DNA of 64,000 nt from Candidatus Altimarinota bacterium (GTDB lineage Bacteria > Patescibacteriota > Gracilibacteria > BD1-5 > UBA6164), in assembly GCA_020631485.1 (NCBI GenBank), contig JAHDHC010000003.1, positions 10,792 to 74,791 of the forward strand, in the 5' to 3' direction. The translations under genes and the position numbers were made by a program. This document shows, piece after piece, positions 1 to 12,713 of this stretch. Numbering within the stretch: position 1 is the stretch's first letter; each line of letters starts with the position of its first letter. The notes under the pieces are model-generated. The model did not search any database, was not told the origin of the DNA, and worked only from the letters and a program-made list of their open reading frames with translations.

Positions 1-406
1 CAAGAGCTGATATAATAAGGCCATCTATAGATATTCACTGAATCAGGAGGAGTCAAAAAAAGACAAAGGACTGCAATAAAACAATTAACAATATGGTAGC
101 TGAAAAACCAAAGAATTTTCCCAATATGAAATCTGCTCTTTTCAGTGGCTTACTGAGAATCAGAAAAATCGTTTTTCACTCTATTTCATTGAACAAGAGC
201 TGACTCCCAACAAAAAGAACTCCTAAGAGTCAAAAGATCTCAATCATAGCAAGACCAAAGTCAACTATTACCTTTTCAGAATTTCCCAAAGAAAGAGCTC
301 AGAGAGAAAGACTAAAGAGTATAAATAAAACGGCAAAAATAACGATGAGATACAAGAATTTATTTCTTGTAACTTCTCGAAATGTATTTATAGCGATATT
401 AAGCAT
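1..406 (-). CDS. ABC-2 type transporter permease, N-terminal part (gene runs off the left edge)
   Basis: The ATG at 404-406 overlaps the fmt stop (ATGCTTAA). Table-25 translation MLNIAINTFREVTRNKFLYLIVIFAVLF...ILSKPLKRADFILGKFFGF is hydrophobic and has the SKPxxRxxxxLGK signature of ABC-2/NosY-like permeases. No TAA/TAG in frame down to position 2. Confidence 0.6.
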
Positions 407-1340
407 CTTGAAATACGTATCAAATAAAATCAGGATTTCCTCGAATAAAATCAAGTATATTCATAGCCTTTTTTCATTCAAGTTTTATCTCTTGAAGAAC
501 AAGTATTTTTTTGTCAGCACATACAACTCATATTTTATCTTCATTGAATTTTAGAACTTCTCATACTTTCACTCACTCATTTCATATATCTACATGACAG
601 CGGAGAATATCTAATTTTTTTCAATTGAAAAAACCATATATTCAGGGCCATCCATAATACGCTCTGTAGTAGTTATAAATACTCTCAGCTGATGTGTTAA
701 AATCAATCAATCAATCTGATTTTGTGATCTTGTGACAGTATGTAGCGTTTAAATCATCTTGTGCTTTTGCTTCAATACTATTTGTTAGAAGTCCTTCTAT
801 CGTTTTTTGAAGAAGTGCTGGTCAAATCTGTTGAAACTTCTCAAAGACATCTTTTTGGGTCATGTCAGGATCGAGGTCTATTACATGTTTTAAAAGCATG
901 TCTCACTCATCCATTCACTCTGACATATGCATCGTTGTAAGGCCTGTCTGTGTGTCCCCGTTTTTGAGAGCAGCCTGAACTGGACTTGCTCCTCTATATA
1001 AAGGAAGAAGGCTTCCATGAAGATTTATACAGGCATGTTTCGGGATATCTAAAATACGCTTGGGAATAATTTTCCCATATGCTACTACGACGAAAAAATC
1101 TATATCACTACGTGCAGAGGCAATTGTCGTGTCATTCTTAAGAGATGAGGGCTGAAGTACAGGAATGTTCTTTTCCTCAGCGAGCATCTTGAGTGCTGTT
1201 TTTTTGAGCTCTTTTTTACGTCCCACGTACTTATCTTCCTGAGATACAACAAAGCTGCACTCAAGGCCTTTGTATTCTAGAAGTCAACGCAAGACTTCTG
1301 CACTAAAGTCAGCTGTTCAAAAATATGCTATTTTTATCAT
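399..1340 (-). CDS. fmt: methionyl-tRNA formyltransferase
   Basis: MIKIAYFGTADFSAEVL...[65 protein letters not shown]... These are classic Fmt motifs (HxSLLPxxRG). 313 aa once in-frame TGAs are read as Gly. Stop TAA at 399-401. Confidence 0.9.
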
Positions 1341-1381
1341 TGTGGAATCTGTCTTTTACGTATTAATATCTGTTTGTTTGA

Positions 1382-2446
1382 CTATAGTGAATCATGCGTT
1401 TTTCAAAATTTCTCGACAATCTTATTTATAAAAATGACGATAAAGGCAATAAGAAAGAAAACAAGTATTTTTCCAGTTTTTTCCAGAAAGAGCGCCGTAA
1501 GTCAGAAAAAAAAGCTAAGTGAATATACAAATATAAGAAACTGTGTTTTTGAGAGTCATGTTCGCATGAGTCTATGATGAAGGTGAGTAAAATCACCCTT
1601 TAATGGGTTTTTATGAGACAAAATTCTCTTAGTCACTACATATACAGCGTCAACACTATATATCCCAAAAACAACAAGCACTGTTGCTATTTTTCCTCCT
1701 GAAATAATAGCGATGGTTGCGAGCATAAATCACAAAAACATCGTTCCACTATCTCACATCAAAATCTTTTCTTTGATGTCATAATACCAAAAAGGTATAA
1801 GTATTCACACAAGGATGATACAAAGTTTCATAATAAAAATTGCATTATCCCTTCATCACTGATAGGTATCCCTCTCAAATAAAATATATCCTAGCAAAAA
1901 GAGTATAAAAAATGAGATAATAGAAAGACCAGATGTATTTCCACTGAGTCCATCAGTCCAATTGAGGGTATTAAATATAAATACATACCACAAAATGGTA
2001 AATACAAAAGGTATGATATAAAAAGTATAATCTCCTACCATGATAAATACTGTTTCTAGCTCAACTATTCCTCAAAATATATTGCTCACGTATCATATTT
2101 TTATGGAACTCAGAGCAATAATACCTCCTATACATATCTGTAAAGCCAGTCGGATTTTTGCGCTGACATTCAATCGATCATCTACAAAACTTACAAGACT
2201 AATTATTCAACCAAAAATCCATATAAGTCCAAGTTTATAACTATAATCTATAAATAAAAAGCTCAGTATAAAAAAAGAGATAAAAAAAGTAATTCCCATA
2301 CTATATGGTATAGGAGCCCTTTTTTTTCAGTATTTTTCTGGATTATCTACGATTCAAAATCGAAAAAAAGCTTTTGAACAGAGTGCTATGAGCAGATAAG
2401 AAAGAATTCATGAACAAAAAAGTAGGAAAAGAAGATTTTGAAGCAT
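1382..2446 (-). CDS. glycosyltransferase family 4 polyprenyl-phosphate sugar-1-phosphate transferase (WecA/TagO/MraY-like)
   Basis: Polytopic membrane protein with FVDDRLNVSAKIRL, NWTDGLSG, GDSGTMFLGF and HLHHRL motifs, typical of WecA/TagO-type transferases. 354 aa. Stop TAG at 1382-1384. Confidence 0.85.
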
Positions 2447-2464
2447 ATATAGTATGGTATGTAC

Positions 2465-3709
2465 TTAGGCATAAAGAGGAAAATCCTTACACAGAGCAAT
2501 AACTCTTTTTCTTTGTTCGTCTAGCACGCTTTCGTTATCGTGATTATTTACAGCGAGTACAAAAATATCCGCTATCTCCTCCATTTGCTCCTCGCGCATA
2601 CCTCTTGTGGTAGCTGCAGGAGTTCAGAGTCTGATTCATGATGGATCCATAGGAGGTCTAGTATCATACGGAACCATATTTTTATTTGCTGAGAGACCCA
2701 CTTTTTCGAGGGCATGCTCTGCGTCTTTTCCACTTACTCACAGGCTTCCAAAGGTATCTACAAGCATCAGGTGATTATCTGTTCAACCTGATACGATTTT
2801 TACTCCAGCATCTTGGAGTTTCATAGCGAGTGTTTGGGCATTTTTCACCACTTGTATTTGATATTCTTTAAACTCTGGCTTTAGTGCTTCTCAAAAAGCA
2901 ACAGCTTTTCCTGCAATGAGATTTTCGTGAGGTCATCATTGAAGTCATGGAAATACTGCTCTATCTATAGCTTTTGCATATTTTTCACGACACATAATAA
3001 TCCCTCATCTCGGTCATCTCAAAGTTTTGTGAGTAGTACTTGTGACAACGTCACAATAGGGAACTGGATTTTCAATGATTCCAGCGGCTATGAGTCCTGC
3101 AATGTGCGCTATATCAGCGAGTAAAATCGCATCACAAGCATCAGCTATTTTTCTAAATCTTTTCCAATCAAGATCACGTGAGTACGCAGAAAAACCTGCG
3201 ATAATCATCTTTGGTTTTGTTTCAAGCGCTATCTTTTCAAGTGCATCCATGTCCATTAGTTCTGTTTCTTTATCAAGAAAATATGGAACTATTTCGTACA
3301 AAATTCATGAAAAGTTCATCGGATGCCCATGACTCAGATGCCCTCATTGATCTAAAGAAAATCAAAGAACTTTGTCTCCTGGTTGTAAAAGTCACATATA
3401 AACAGCCATATTTGCTGGACTTCCTGAAAGTGGCTGGACGTTGACATGCTCTGCTCAGAACAGTTCTTTTGCTCTATGTATAGCAAGTGTTTCAACTTCG
3501 TCAATTATTCCACATCATCCATAATACCTCCTTCCCGGGTATCATTCTGAGTATTTATTTGTGAGAATAGATCCGTTAGCCTCAAGTACTGCTTGAGATA
3601 CATAGTTTTCTGATGCTATCATCTCTATTTCCATTTCTTGCCTTTGAGTCTCGTTTTTTATAAGATTTGCAAGTTGTTCGTCTTGTTTTTGTAAATGTGT
3701 TAGCTCCAT
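2465..3709 (-). CDS. glyA: serine hydroxymethyltransferase
   Basis: [65 protein letters not shown]...[13 protein letters not shown]. 414 aa, in frame with track ORF 3014..3301. Confidence 0.95.
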
Positions 3710-3899
3710 AGATTTAGGGTGTTTAGGTGTATAAAAATAAATAGGTTATTAAAAATTTATTTTTTCTAAACGATGAGCATATATTCGTATTTATAATTCA
3801 TAATCACATAGCTAGGGATAATGTGTATACTATATCTTTTTTACAAAGACTTTCTAGTATATTGTACTAAATTTTGTTAAAAAAATGTGCGTTTCTTTT

Positions 3900-5192
3900 T
3901 TAGTTTAGTTCTCTAGATTCGTTATAGCTATCTATAACAAAACCTTTAGAGTTATTAGACTTGTAGATTTCTAATATTTTTTTTGCTTCTTCAAGCTGTC
4001 TATCGTACTTTTCTTCATAATCAATGTCTTCAAACAGTATTTCTATATCGGGACTAATTCCTTCTTTGTCTATATCTCTTCATTTTGGGGTTAACCATTT
4101 TGCAATAGTAATCTTGAGAAGGGCACCGTTGTCGAACTCAAATGGCTGCTGAACAGATCACTTACCATAACTTTTTTCTCATACGAGAATAGCTTTGTTG
4201 TAGTCGCTCAAAGCTCAGGCAACTATCTCTGAAGCAGAAGCACTATTTCCATTTATCAGAATCACTATTTTGTTTTCATATATTCTTCCATCATTTCTAC
4301 TTTTGTAACTGAAATTATTTTCTTGATTTTTATATTGTGTTTTTACGATGACTTCACCATTTTCTATAAACTTACTCAGTATCTCAACGGCACTTTCAAG
4401 ATATCCTCATCCATTATCACGGAGATCAATAATAAGTCAGTCATATTGCTTTGATTCCTCAAGTGCTTTTAAAAATTCTTCTGAAGAGTTGTCTCAAAAC
4501 ATATTGAGCGCTATGTAAAAATTATTTGTTCATTCTATGACTTCTGATTCAACAGAAGGAATAGTAATTTTTTGACGAATCACCTCAATTTCAAGAAAAT
4601 CTTTTTCTCAGGTTCTCAAAATTTTGAGAAGTACCTTTGATCACGCTGGTCCTTTTATTTTTTCGACAGCTTCATATAAATCGAGCTCTACCAGTTTTTC
4701 TCCGTTGGCCTCGAGAATTATATCACCATTTCTGATTCAAAATTCTTTTGCGGGGCTTCATTTTAAAACTCTTTCTACCACGATTCCAATATCTACACTA
4801 TCAACTACTGCTCATATTCATTCAAAATCTCATGACAGTACTTTTGTAAACTGCTCTGTTTCCTCTGGATCTAAATATTCAGAATGTATATCTCCAAGAG
4901 CATCAACCAGTCACTTTACAGCACCTTGTTCGAGACTTTCTTTTTCTACAAAATCACTCTCTATATAATTCGCACGAATCAGATTATAAGTATCCCAAAA
5001 GTTCTCTAAGTTCAGATCTTTTCTCCCAAATACATCCAAGGCTTCGTTAAAAACTATCGTATTTTCTGATTGATTTAATACATTTTTAACATAAAGATCC
5101 TTTACTTTATCAGCAAAAAACACTCAAAGTAAGAAAAATGTTAAAATGCTTGTGAAAAAGATTATAAAAGATGTGAATTTATTAAATTTCAT
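3900..5192 (-). CDS. S41 family C-terminal processing peptidase (Ctp/Prc-like) with N-terminal membrane anchor
   Basis: N-term MKFNKFTSFIIFFTSILTFFLLGVFF. PDZ-like KGSPAKEFGIRNGDIILEANGEKL. LIIDLRDNGGGYL, NGNSASASEIVAGAL and SYGKGSVQ catalytic Ser/Lys motifs. Stop TAA at 3900-3902. Confidence 0.85.
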
Positions 5193-5538
5193 ATATTTTC
5201 ATGTTATAAATTGTCTCCGTATTTTTCAACAAGTATTATTATATTTCCTCAGTGTAAAAAACAAGTCAATAATTTTTTATATTTTACATCGAAAATATGT
5301 TAAAAAAAAATATTGGGTTCTAGACTTGCTGAAAAATGAGTTTTTAAATTTTTCATTTTATTACAAAATCTCATCTTCCCTTCATAAAGGGATTATAGCT
5401 TTTTTACATGCTTTACTATTACTACTACTATTTAATTAAATTAAATATATATATTTATAACTACAAGGAGATTTCAAATATTTGTTTGTTTGAAAAGTAT
5501 ATGATATACTTATGTCATATACTTCGTTATAAATTATT

Positions 5539-5850
5539 ATGATTTCAAGTTTTTTAGGAAAACAAAAAGATATCAAGAGAAAAAAGAAGCTCATTCGTAT
5601 TATGATAGACTCTCTTAATATCCCAGAAAAACAAAAGTATTTATACATCGAATCTCTTGATGTACTTGATACACAATGACTCGATAAACTGTATGAAAAC
5701 ATGAAAGTTTTTGTAGAGTCTCTTGAAAAAAAAGAAAAGGAAGAAATAAGTTTTTCAAACTTTGCAAGTATATGAGGTCTGACAAAAAAAGAACTCAAAG
5801 AAAAGAAAAAAGAAGAAAATGCCTTTTCTTTTCTCATAAATAACATGTAA
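5539..5850 (+). CDS. hypothetical small Lys/Glu-rich protein (103 aa)
   Basis: ATG..TAA open frame with 2 in-frame TGA. MISSFLGKQKDIKRKKKLIRIMIDSLNIPEKQKYLYIESLDVLDTQGLDKLYENMKVF... No recognisable family. Confidence 0.45.
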
Positions 5851-5854
5851 AACT

Positions 5855-6187
5855 ATGACAAAAACAATAGCTCTTAATAACCCTGTTTTAGATATGATAA
5901 GCCATATGAATTACTCACAAAGAGTTGCAAAGATATTTTGAGAAAATACAAATACTCTTGAAATGCAAGATCGCTCTACGACTAAGTTGATAGATAAAAA
6001 AATGGATTTTTTAGCATATAATCTTGAAAGAATGATAGATCTGCCTAAGATACCAAACTTCAATAGAATAGAAGCAACTTCAACAGCTCTAAATCTCGAC
6101 AAAATACGTCAGGAGTTTTGAAGTCTCTCAAAAGATGACTTAAAAAAGCTACTGAATATTTTAGAAGTATTGAGAGAAGGAAAATAA
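5855..6187 (+). CDS. hypothetical protein (110 aa)
   Basis: ATG 4 nt after the previous stop. MTKTIALNNPVLDMISHMNYSQRVAKIFGENTNTLEMQDRSTTKLIDKK... No recognisable family. Confidence 0.45.
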
Positions 6188-6220
6188 AAAAGGACTTTTA
6201 GTTTTTAGTAGAATAGACCA

Positions 6221-7591
6221 GTGCCAAAATACAAGGTTCAGGTTTCAAAAAACCAGAAAAAATACTCGATTGTAATACACTCTCAAAGCCCAAAAGAAGC
6301 AAGAGAGAAAGTTCATCGTGAGTGATATTCTGTACTAAATATTGAAGAGTTTCAGGAAAACTATGAGTGAAACAATAGATTTTACTTTAGTGTTGAAAAA
6401 AATGGGAAAATCAAATCATGATCAACCTTTTGAAAAGATATATTTAAGATATACCTCAAACTGAGAAATGATCTTGGATATACGGTTTTAGAGCTTTACA
6501 AAAACAAAGATGATACAGATGACAAAAAGCAAAGCCTTCTAAAAAACATAGAGGATGCATATAGAATATATGAGAAGGGTCAAAAAAAGAGTGGTATAAA
6601 AAGAAGAAACGAGCCAGTAAAAGAAGAAACAATCGATGATTTCTATATGAAAAAGGAGCTTGAAACAACCTACAAGCTCATAGATTTTGTAATTGCAAAA
6701 ACAGAAACAGTTTTGCAATCAAAAAATCTTGGAAAAATTGATGAGGAAAAAAGAAAAAAAATAGAACAAGTCTATCAAAACATTATTCAGATCAAGAGTT
6801 CTACAAATATATCAAAACTCAAAGAGATATGAGAGCTAGCGCTTTTACGCATAGGACAAGTTGAGCTTGAGATAGTAGAAAAAGAAAAAAATATATATGC
6901 AAAAGAGTTTCTCAAAGAAACAAATAAACTCTTGAAAAAGATTGGTTCAGATAAACACTTTGTAGAAAAACATAAAGATATAAAAGCACAGTTTCAAGGC
7001 TTTGTTACAAAAATCCAAAAGTGGATTCATGAGCAAAAAAAGCATAGAGAAAATGCAAAAAAGCACATGATAGATAAGACAAGTTATGATTATCTTAGAA
7101 CAGTAGCGCTTCTCAATAGATATAAACTGAGAAATAAGCAAGTTCAAAAATATATTATTACGCATTTTTGGGAGTATTTTATGCCTTCAAAAAAAGAGGA
7201 TTTCTCAAAAACACTGATGATGCGTACGGTTTTGCGTCAAAATATTATTATTATGAAGGCAAAAAAATCTGGAAAGATATATTCGTATACAAAACTCATA
7301 AAATGATATGAAAAAATATTTCTGTTTATTGAAAACATGATTAAGAACTTCAACGCATATTTATTTGCGGTAATAGCCATATTTTCCTGTATTTTTCTTT
7401 TCGTAATATCTTTCAATTACTTTTTTAGATCAGACTTCCAAGCTCTTCATTTTAACTACAAATGATTGTATGGTATTATTTTTATTATACTCTTTGTTGT
7501 TATCTCAAAAAATATAAAAGGTTTTTGGTCACTCTGACTCAGCACAGTATTATTTTTAAGCTTTGTGTTTATTTGATCTGTGAACTTTTAA
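6221..7591 (+). CDS. hypothetical membrane-anchored protein: two PilC/GspF-N-terminal-like modules, a Lys-rich helical region and C-terminal TM helices
   Basis: Frame checked 6221-7591: no TAA/TAG. GTG start, which is the first start-like codon after the in-frame TAG at 6209. N-term PKYKVQVSKNQKKYSIVIHSQSPKEAREKVHREGYSVLNIEE, with a second copy FYFSVEKNGKIKSGSTFGKDIFKIYLKLRNDLGYTVLELYK. C-term hydrophobic LFAVIAIFSCIFLFVISF and IIFIILFVVIS. Confidence 0.55.
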
Positions 7592-7648
7592 AAATAATTG
7601 CTCTCACACGAAAAGCTATTATAATTTTTGCAAATAATAGCTTTTTTT

Positions 7649-8896
7649 ATGAGATATCTATTTCCTCTTATATGTCTTGGTTATGCGAGTATTTTTTGAG
7701 TATTTTACTATTTTTTTCAGATACCTCTCAACTCATTATTTCCAAGTATTCTTTTTAGTATTTTCCTCTTTATCTTTTTTGCTGTTTTTTTCTTGTTTTC
7801 ATTTTCAGATTACTCTCATAAACTTTTTGCAGAGACTTCGATTCAGATTTTTGAAAAACGCGATGCTTGATACTATAAAAAACTCTTTAAAACAGTTCTT
7901 ATACAGTATTCTCACTATATCAGTTATGTATTTTTTTATATCTGAGCCTACATAGTGACACAGTTTTTCCCATGATCATATTTTTCTTACAGTCTTTTGG
8001 GAATAAACATATTTGTTATTTTGTTTTTTTTAAGTTTCAAAAAGCTGAGTTTTGCTCTCGATTTTTTGAGAATAAACCAAATTATATTTTCACTGATTTA
8101 TGTCTGATCATATATTTATATCCTATTTTCTGGGAATAATTTTTTTGGATTTATAGATTTTGTAAACTCTTTTATTATTATCCTTTCTTTTTTATTGATA
8201 CTTAAGGTGTCTCCAGTATTGGTCTGAGATAAATTTTTTATTGCAAATTTCTATCTCTACATTTACTTTTTCATCATGTTTTATCTGAGTTTCATGTTTG
8301 AAAGTAATTATATGTTTTTTACGATTACAAACATCGGTCTTTCAGTCATTTTTTTATACCTCTCAGAAAGCTCATATCTCGACATACTTCATACACCAAG
8401 TGTCAGAGCAAGTGCATTATTGTTGTGATATCTTGGAATATGAGTAGGACTATTTTACCTCATGTTTCATGAGCAAAATATGTTTATCTATATGATGATA
8501 ATAATCTGAACTATATCTAACTTTTTATTTCATAAAAAATATCAAAACTATATATCCTTTTTCTGTGCAATTGTTGCTTTTTCTCTTCTATTATTTATCC
8601 CAAGTTTTTGAAATATAAACGGGGCCTATAACTATATATTTATCTTTTTTCTTTCATATTTTCTCATACTCTATACTTATTTTTTGGAAAACATGCATAG
8701 TTATGACAGCTTTTTTATACATTGTATGAGCTACATTTATAACTTTATTGGAATAGGTTTCTTTCTAGTTTTTTATTCTCCATCACACTTACAAATCGCA
8801 ATACTTATGTTTTTTGAGTTTTTATACTTTTTTTGTAGCTACTACAAACTCACAGAGCAAAAACATCTTCTAAAATCAACTGAAAGTCTTGAATAA
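7649..8896 (+). CDS. polytopic integral membrane protein (415 aa), unknown function
   Basis: Same frame as the previous gene but separated from it by three in-frame TAA codons. Frame checked to 8896. Very hydrophobic, Phe/Ile/Leu/Tyr-rich, about 10 predicted TM stretches. Ends at track ORF 8684..8896. Confidence 0.55.
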
Positions 8897-8949
8897 TACT
8901 TTCTTTTTAGTACTCTCATATTCAAGATTATTTTTTTAAATATAGATAG

Positions 8950-9933
8950 ATGACAAAAACATTAAATATCCAGGAAATATTTGATATCTGAATAACAAAA
9001 TGAAGAGCTTGTGATCCTCGCTGAGAAGCTGAGGTGCAAAAATACCTAGCCCAACTCAAAAAAGAATATGATCTTTTATCTCCAGAAGAAAAAAGTGTTT
9101 ATAATCCAGAACATCTAGAGCATCCCTATCATGACTCTACTATTTACTATGGTAAGCCAGAAACACAGGTAGCAAGGCTTATTGTAGGAATAGATGTAGA
9201 AGGACCTGAGTTTCTTCTTGTTCATGAACTCAATAAAAATCCAGAGAAAGCTATCGATCTAGTTGTTTGACACCACCCAGAATGAAGTGCTCTTTTGTGA
9301 ATCGCAAAGTTACAAAAAGGAATAGCTCCAGCTATATGACTCAAAGCATGAGTTCCTATAAATGTTTGTGAAAAAGTAGAGTTCCCGAGAGTATGAGAAG
9401 TAGCACAAAGGTTTTCCCCGATGAATCATAGTAGGGCACTTAGCTTTCCAAAAATGCTAGATATTCCATATATGTGAATACACACTCCTGCAGACAATTG
9501 TTGTCAGGCATACTTTGAAGAAATTGTAGAAAAAAATGAAAAAAAATTAGAGTGCCTTCAAGATATAATAGACCTACTCATGAAAGAACCTGAAATGCAA
9601 GAAGCTGCGAGATTATGATGCGGTCCTCAAATCTGGAACGGAGAAAAATCAAGTAGATGTTGAAAAATTGCTGTTACCGGTATAACATGAGGTACAGAAG
9701 GATCAAAAGATATTTATGCAGAATATGCAGCTGCTGGAGTAGGAACTATTCTCGAGATGCATATGTCAGCAGAGCATTTAAAAGAAGCGAAAAAACACAG
9801 GCTCAATGTAATTATGACAGATCATATGGCATCAGATTCTCTATGAATGAACCTTATATTTGATGAAGTAGAAAAGCAGTGAGTTGAAGTACTCGCATTC
9901 AGTGGTTTTACAAGATATAGTAGAAATCGTTAA
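8950..9933 (+). CDS. NIF3 (YbgI/YqfO) family dinuclear-metal-centre protein
   Basis: LIVGIDVEGPEFLL...DLVVGHHPEG...IPYMGIHTPADN...MTDHMASDSLGMN. This matches the His/Asp metal-ligand pattern of the NIF3 family. 327 aa. Confidence 0.7.
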
Positions 9934-9934
9934 T

Positions 9935-10174
9935 ATGAAAGTCTGAATATATAGACACTATAAAAACAAGTTATATGAAGTTTTATGACATGTAAGACAT
10001 AGTGAAACACTTGAAGAACTGGTTTTATATAAGGCATTGTATGACAGTGAAGAGTTTTGAGAAAAAGCACTTTGGGTCAGACCAAAAGAAATGTTTGAGG
10101 AAAGTGTTATCGTGGATTGAGTGGATAAGCCAAGATTTGAATATGTTTGAGATAAAAAGTATGAAAATCTTTAA
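9935..10174 (+). CDS. DUF1653 family protein
   Basis: MKVGIYRHYKNKLYEVLGHVRHSETLEELVLYKALYDSEEFGEKALWVRPKEMFEESV. YRHYKG..Y.V...a.HSET.E..VvY..LY....WVRP..MF is the DUF1653 signature. Confidence 0.75.
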
Positions 10175-10856
10175 GCTCTTAAAAGATATTCTCGCTCCAA
10201 AAAAGTGTTATTCTTGTAAGAAAGAATGACACTTTCTTTGTAATGATTGCCGATACAGAGTCGCAGAATATGAGTCATCTTGTTTTATATGTAAGGAAGA
10301 ATCTGATGATTATAAAATACATAAAAACTGTAAAAATGATTGAGTGTATTATGATAAAATGCTCATAAAATACCATTATGATTGATACTATATTTCTAAA
10401 ATGATCAAGGATGCAAAATACTACCAAAAAAAAGACATTTTAGAGGACTTTTGAAAGGAGATGGGTGAGCTACTAGAGCAGCATTGTATGAATCTCGAAA
10501 AGAGTATCCTTATGCCAGTTCCTATGTATTTTTTGAGGAGATGGAAGAGATGATATAACCAATCGGAAGTTCTTGCAAAAGCTATTTCACAAGAACTGAA
10601 AATTCCTTGTTACAATAATATATTATACAGAAAATATAACACTAGACAACAAAGTAAATTATCGAAAAAAGATCGTATGAAAAATCTTAAAAATTGCTTT
10701 GCGATACGTAGCAAGCATATAGACATTCTAGACAAAAAACAAATTATTTTGGTGGATGATGTTGTATCAACTGCTTCTACACTCAATGAAATCTCGAAGC
10801 TTTTAAAGTCCCAAGGTGTAGAAAAAATTGTGTGCGTGTGTATTGCCTCAAATTAG
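10161..10856 (+). CDS. comF: ComF family protein (ComFC-type phosphoribosyltransferase-like, Cys-rich N-terminus)
   Basis: Starts 14 nt inside the previous gene. CYSCKKEGHFLCNDC...CFICKEE zinc-finger-like N-term. C-term IILVDDVVSTASTLNEISKLLKSQGVEKIVCVCIA PRTase motif. Frame checked codon by codon. Confidence 0.8.
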
Positions 10857-10933
10857 CCGAATATAATTTTTGTTAAGTTTCATTTAATGATATTATATAC
10901 CATAATTACTATTAATTTATCAATACAGAAAAT

Positions 10934-12196
<1,263 letters not shown>

Positions 12197-12206
12197 TATA
12201 ATTTTT

Positions 12207-12620
12207 ATGAAAGCAATAAATACTTGATCTTATGTTAAAAGTTTCCCAAGCAATTCTCCTAGTAATGATAACATACAAAAGAGAGTTGAAGACGCACTAA
12301 AAGCTGCAGCAAATGATGAAGAACAACCTTTTATAGATATATTGTGAGCGAAAGTTAAAGAAGGTACAATAGAAATATCAGAAACTACTTTTTCAGTTAC
12401 AATGAAGATCTCTTGAAAAACCTACTATGTCATATGAAACTATTCTATCTTTCATGATAATATGAATTCAGTGAATTGAGTGAACCCACAAAGTGTAGAT
12501 ATAACTCATTGTACACCAGCTTTCAAGGGTAAAGCTGACAGATTAAAAGAATGTGTACATAGTTTTCTCACTTCTCCTCGATGTAATCCATACTTGGAAT
12601 CAAAAACAGATATTGTTTAG
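12207..12620 (+). CDS. hypothetical protein (137 aa)
   Basis: Open frame checked (5 in-frame TGA). MKAINTGSYVKSFPSNSPSNDNIQKRVEDALKAAANDEEQPFIDILGAKVKEG... No family recognised. Confidence 0.45.
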
Positions 12621-12713
12621 TGAATTATAGTTATCGAAAAATTATTCAAAAATTTTGAATAATTTTTTTTATTCATAAAATAGATTAGATTTACTATTTA
12701 CATATAAAATTCT

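Noticed and set aside
5146-5846. Track ORFs 5146..5439 (+) and 5436..5846 (-) in the AT-rich divergent spacer
   Set aside because: The first overlaps the peptidase N-terminus and continues into a promoter-like AT-rich spacer. The second is antisense to the better-supported plus-strand small gene at 5539-5850. Both have junk-like composition.
7589-7651. Genes 6221-7591 and 7649-8896 as one frameshifted or pseudogenised gene (they share a frame)
   Set aside because: Three in-frame TAA codons separate them, and the second starts with its own ATG, so they are treated as two genes.
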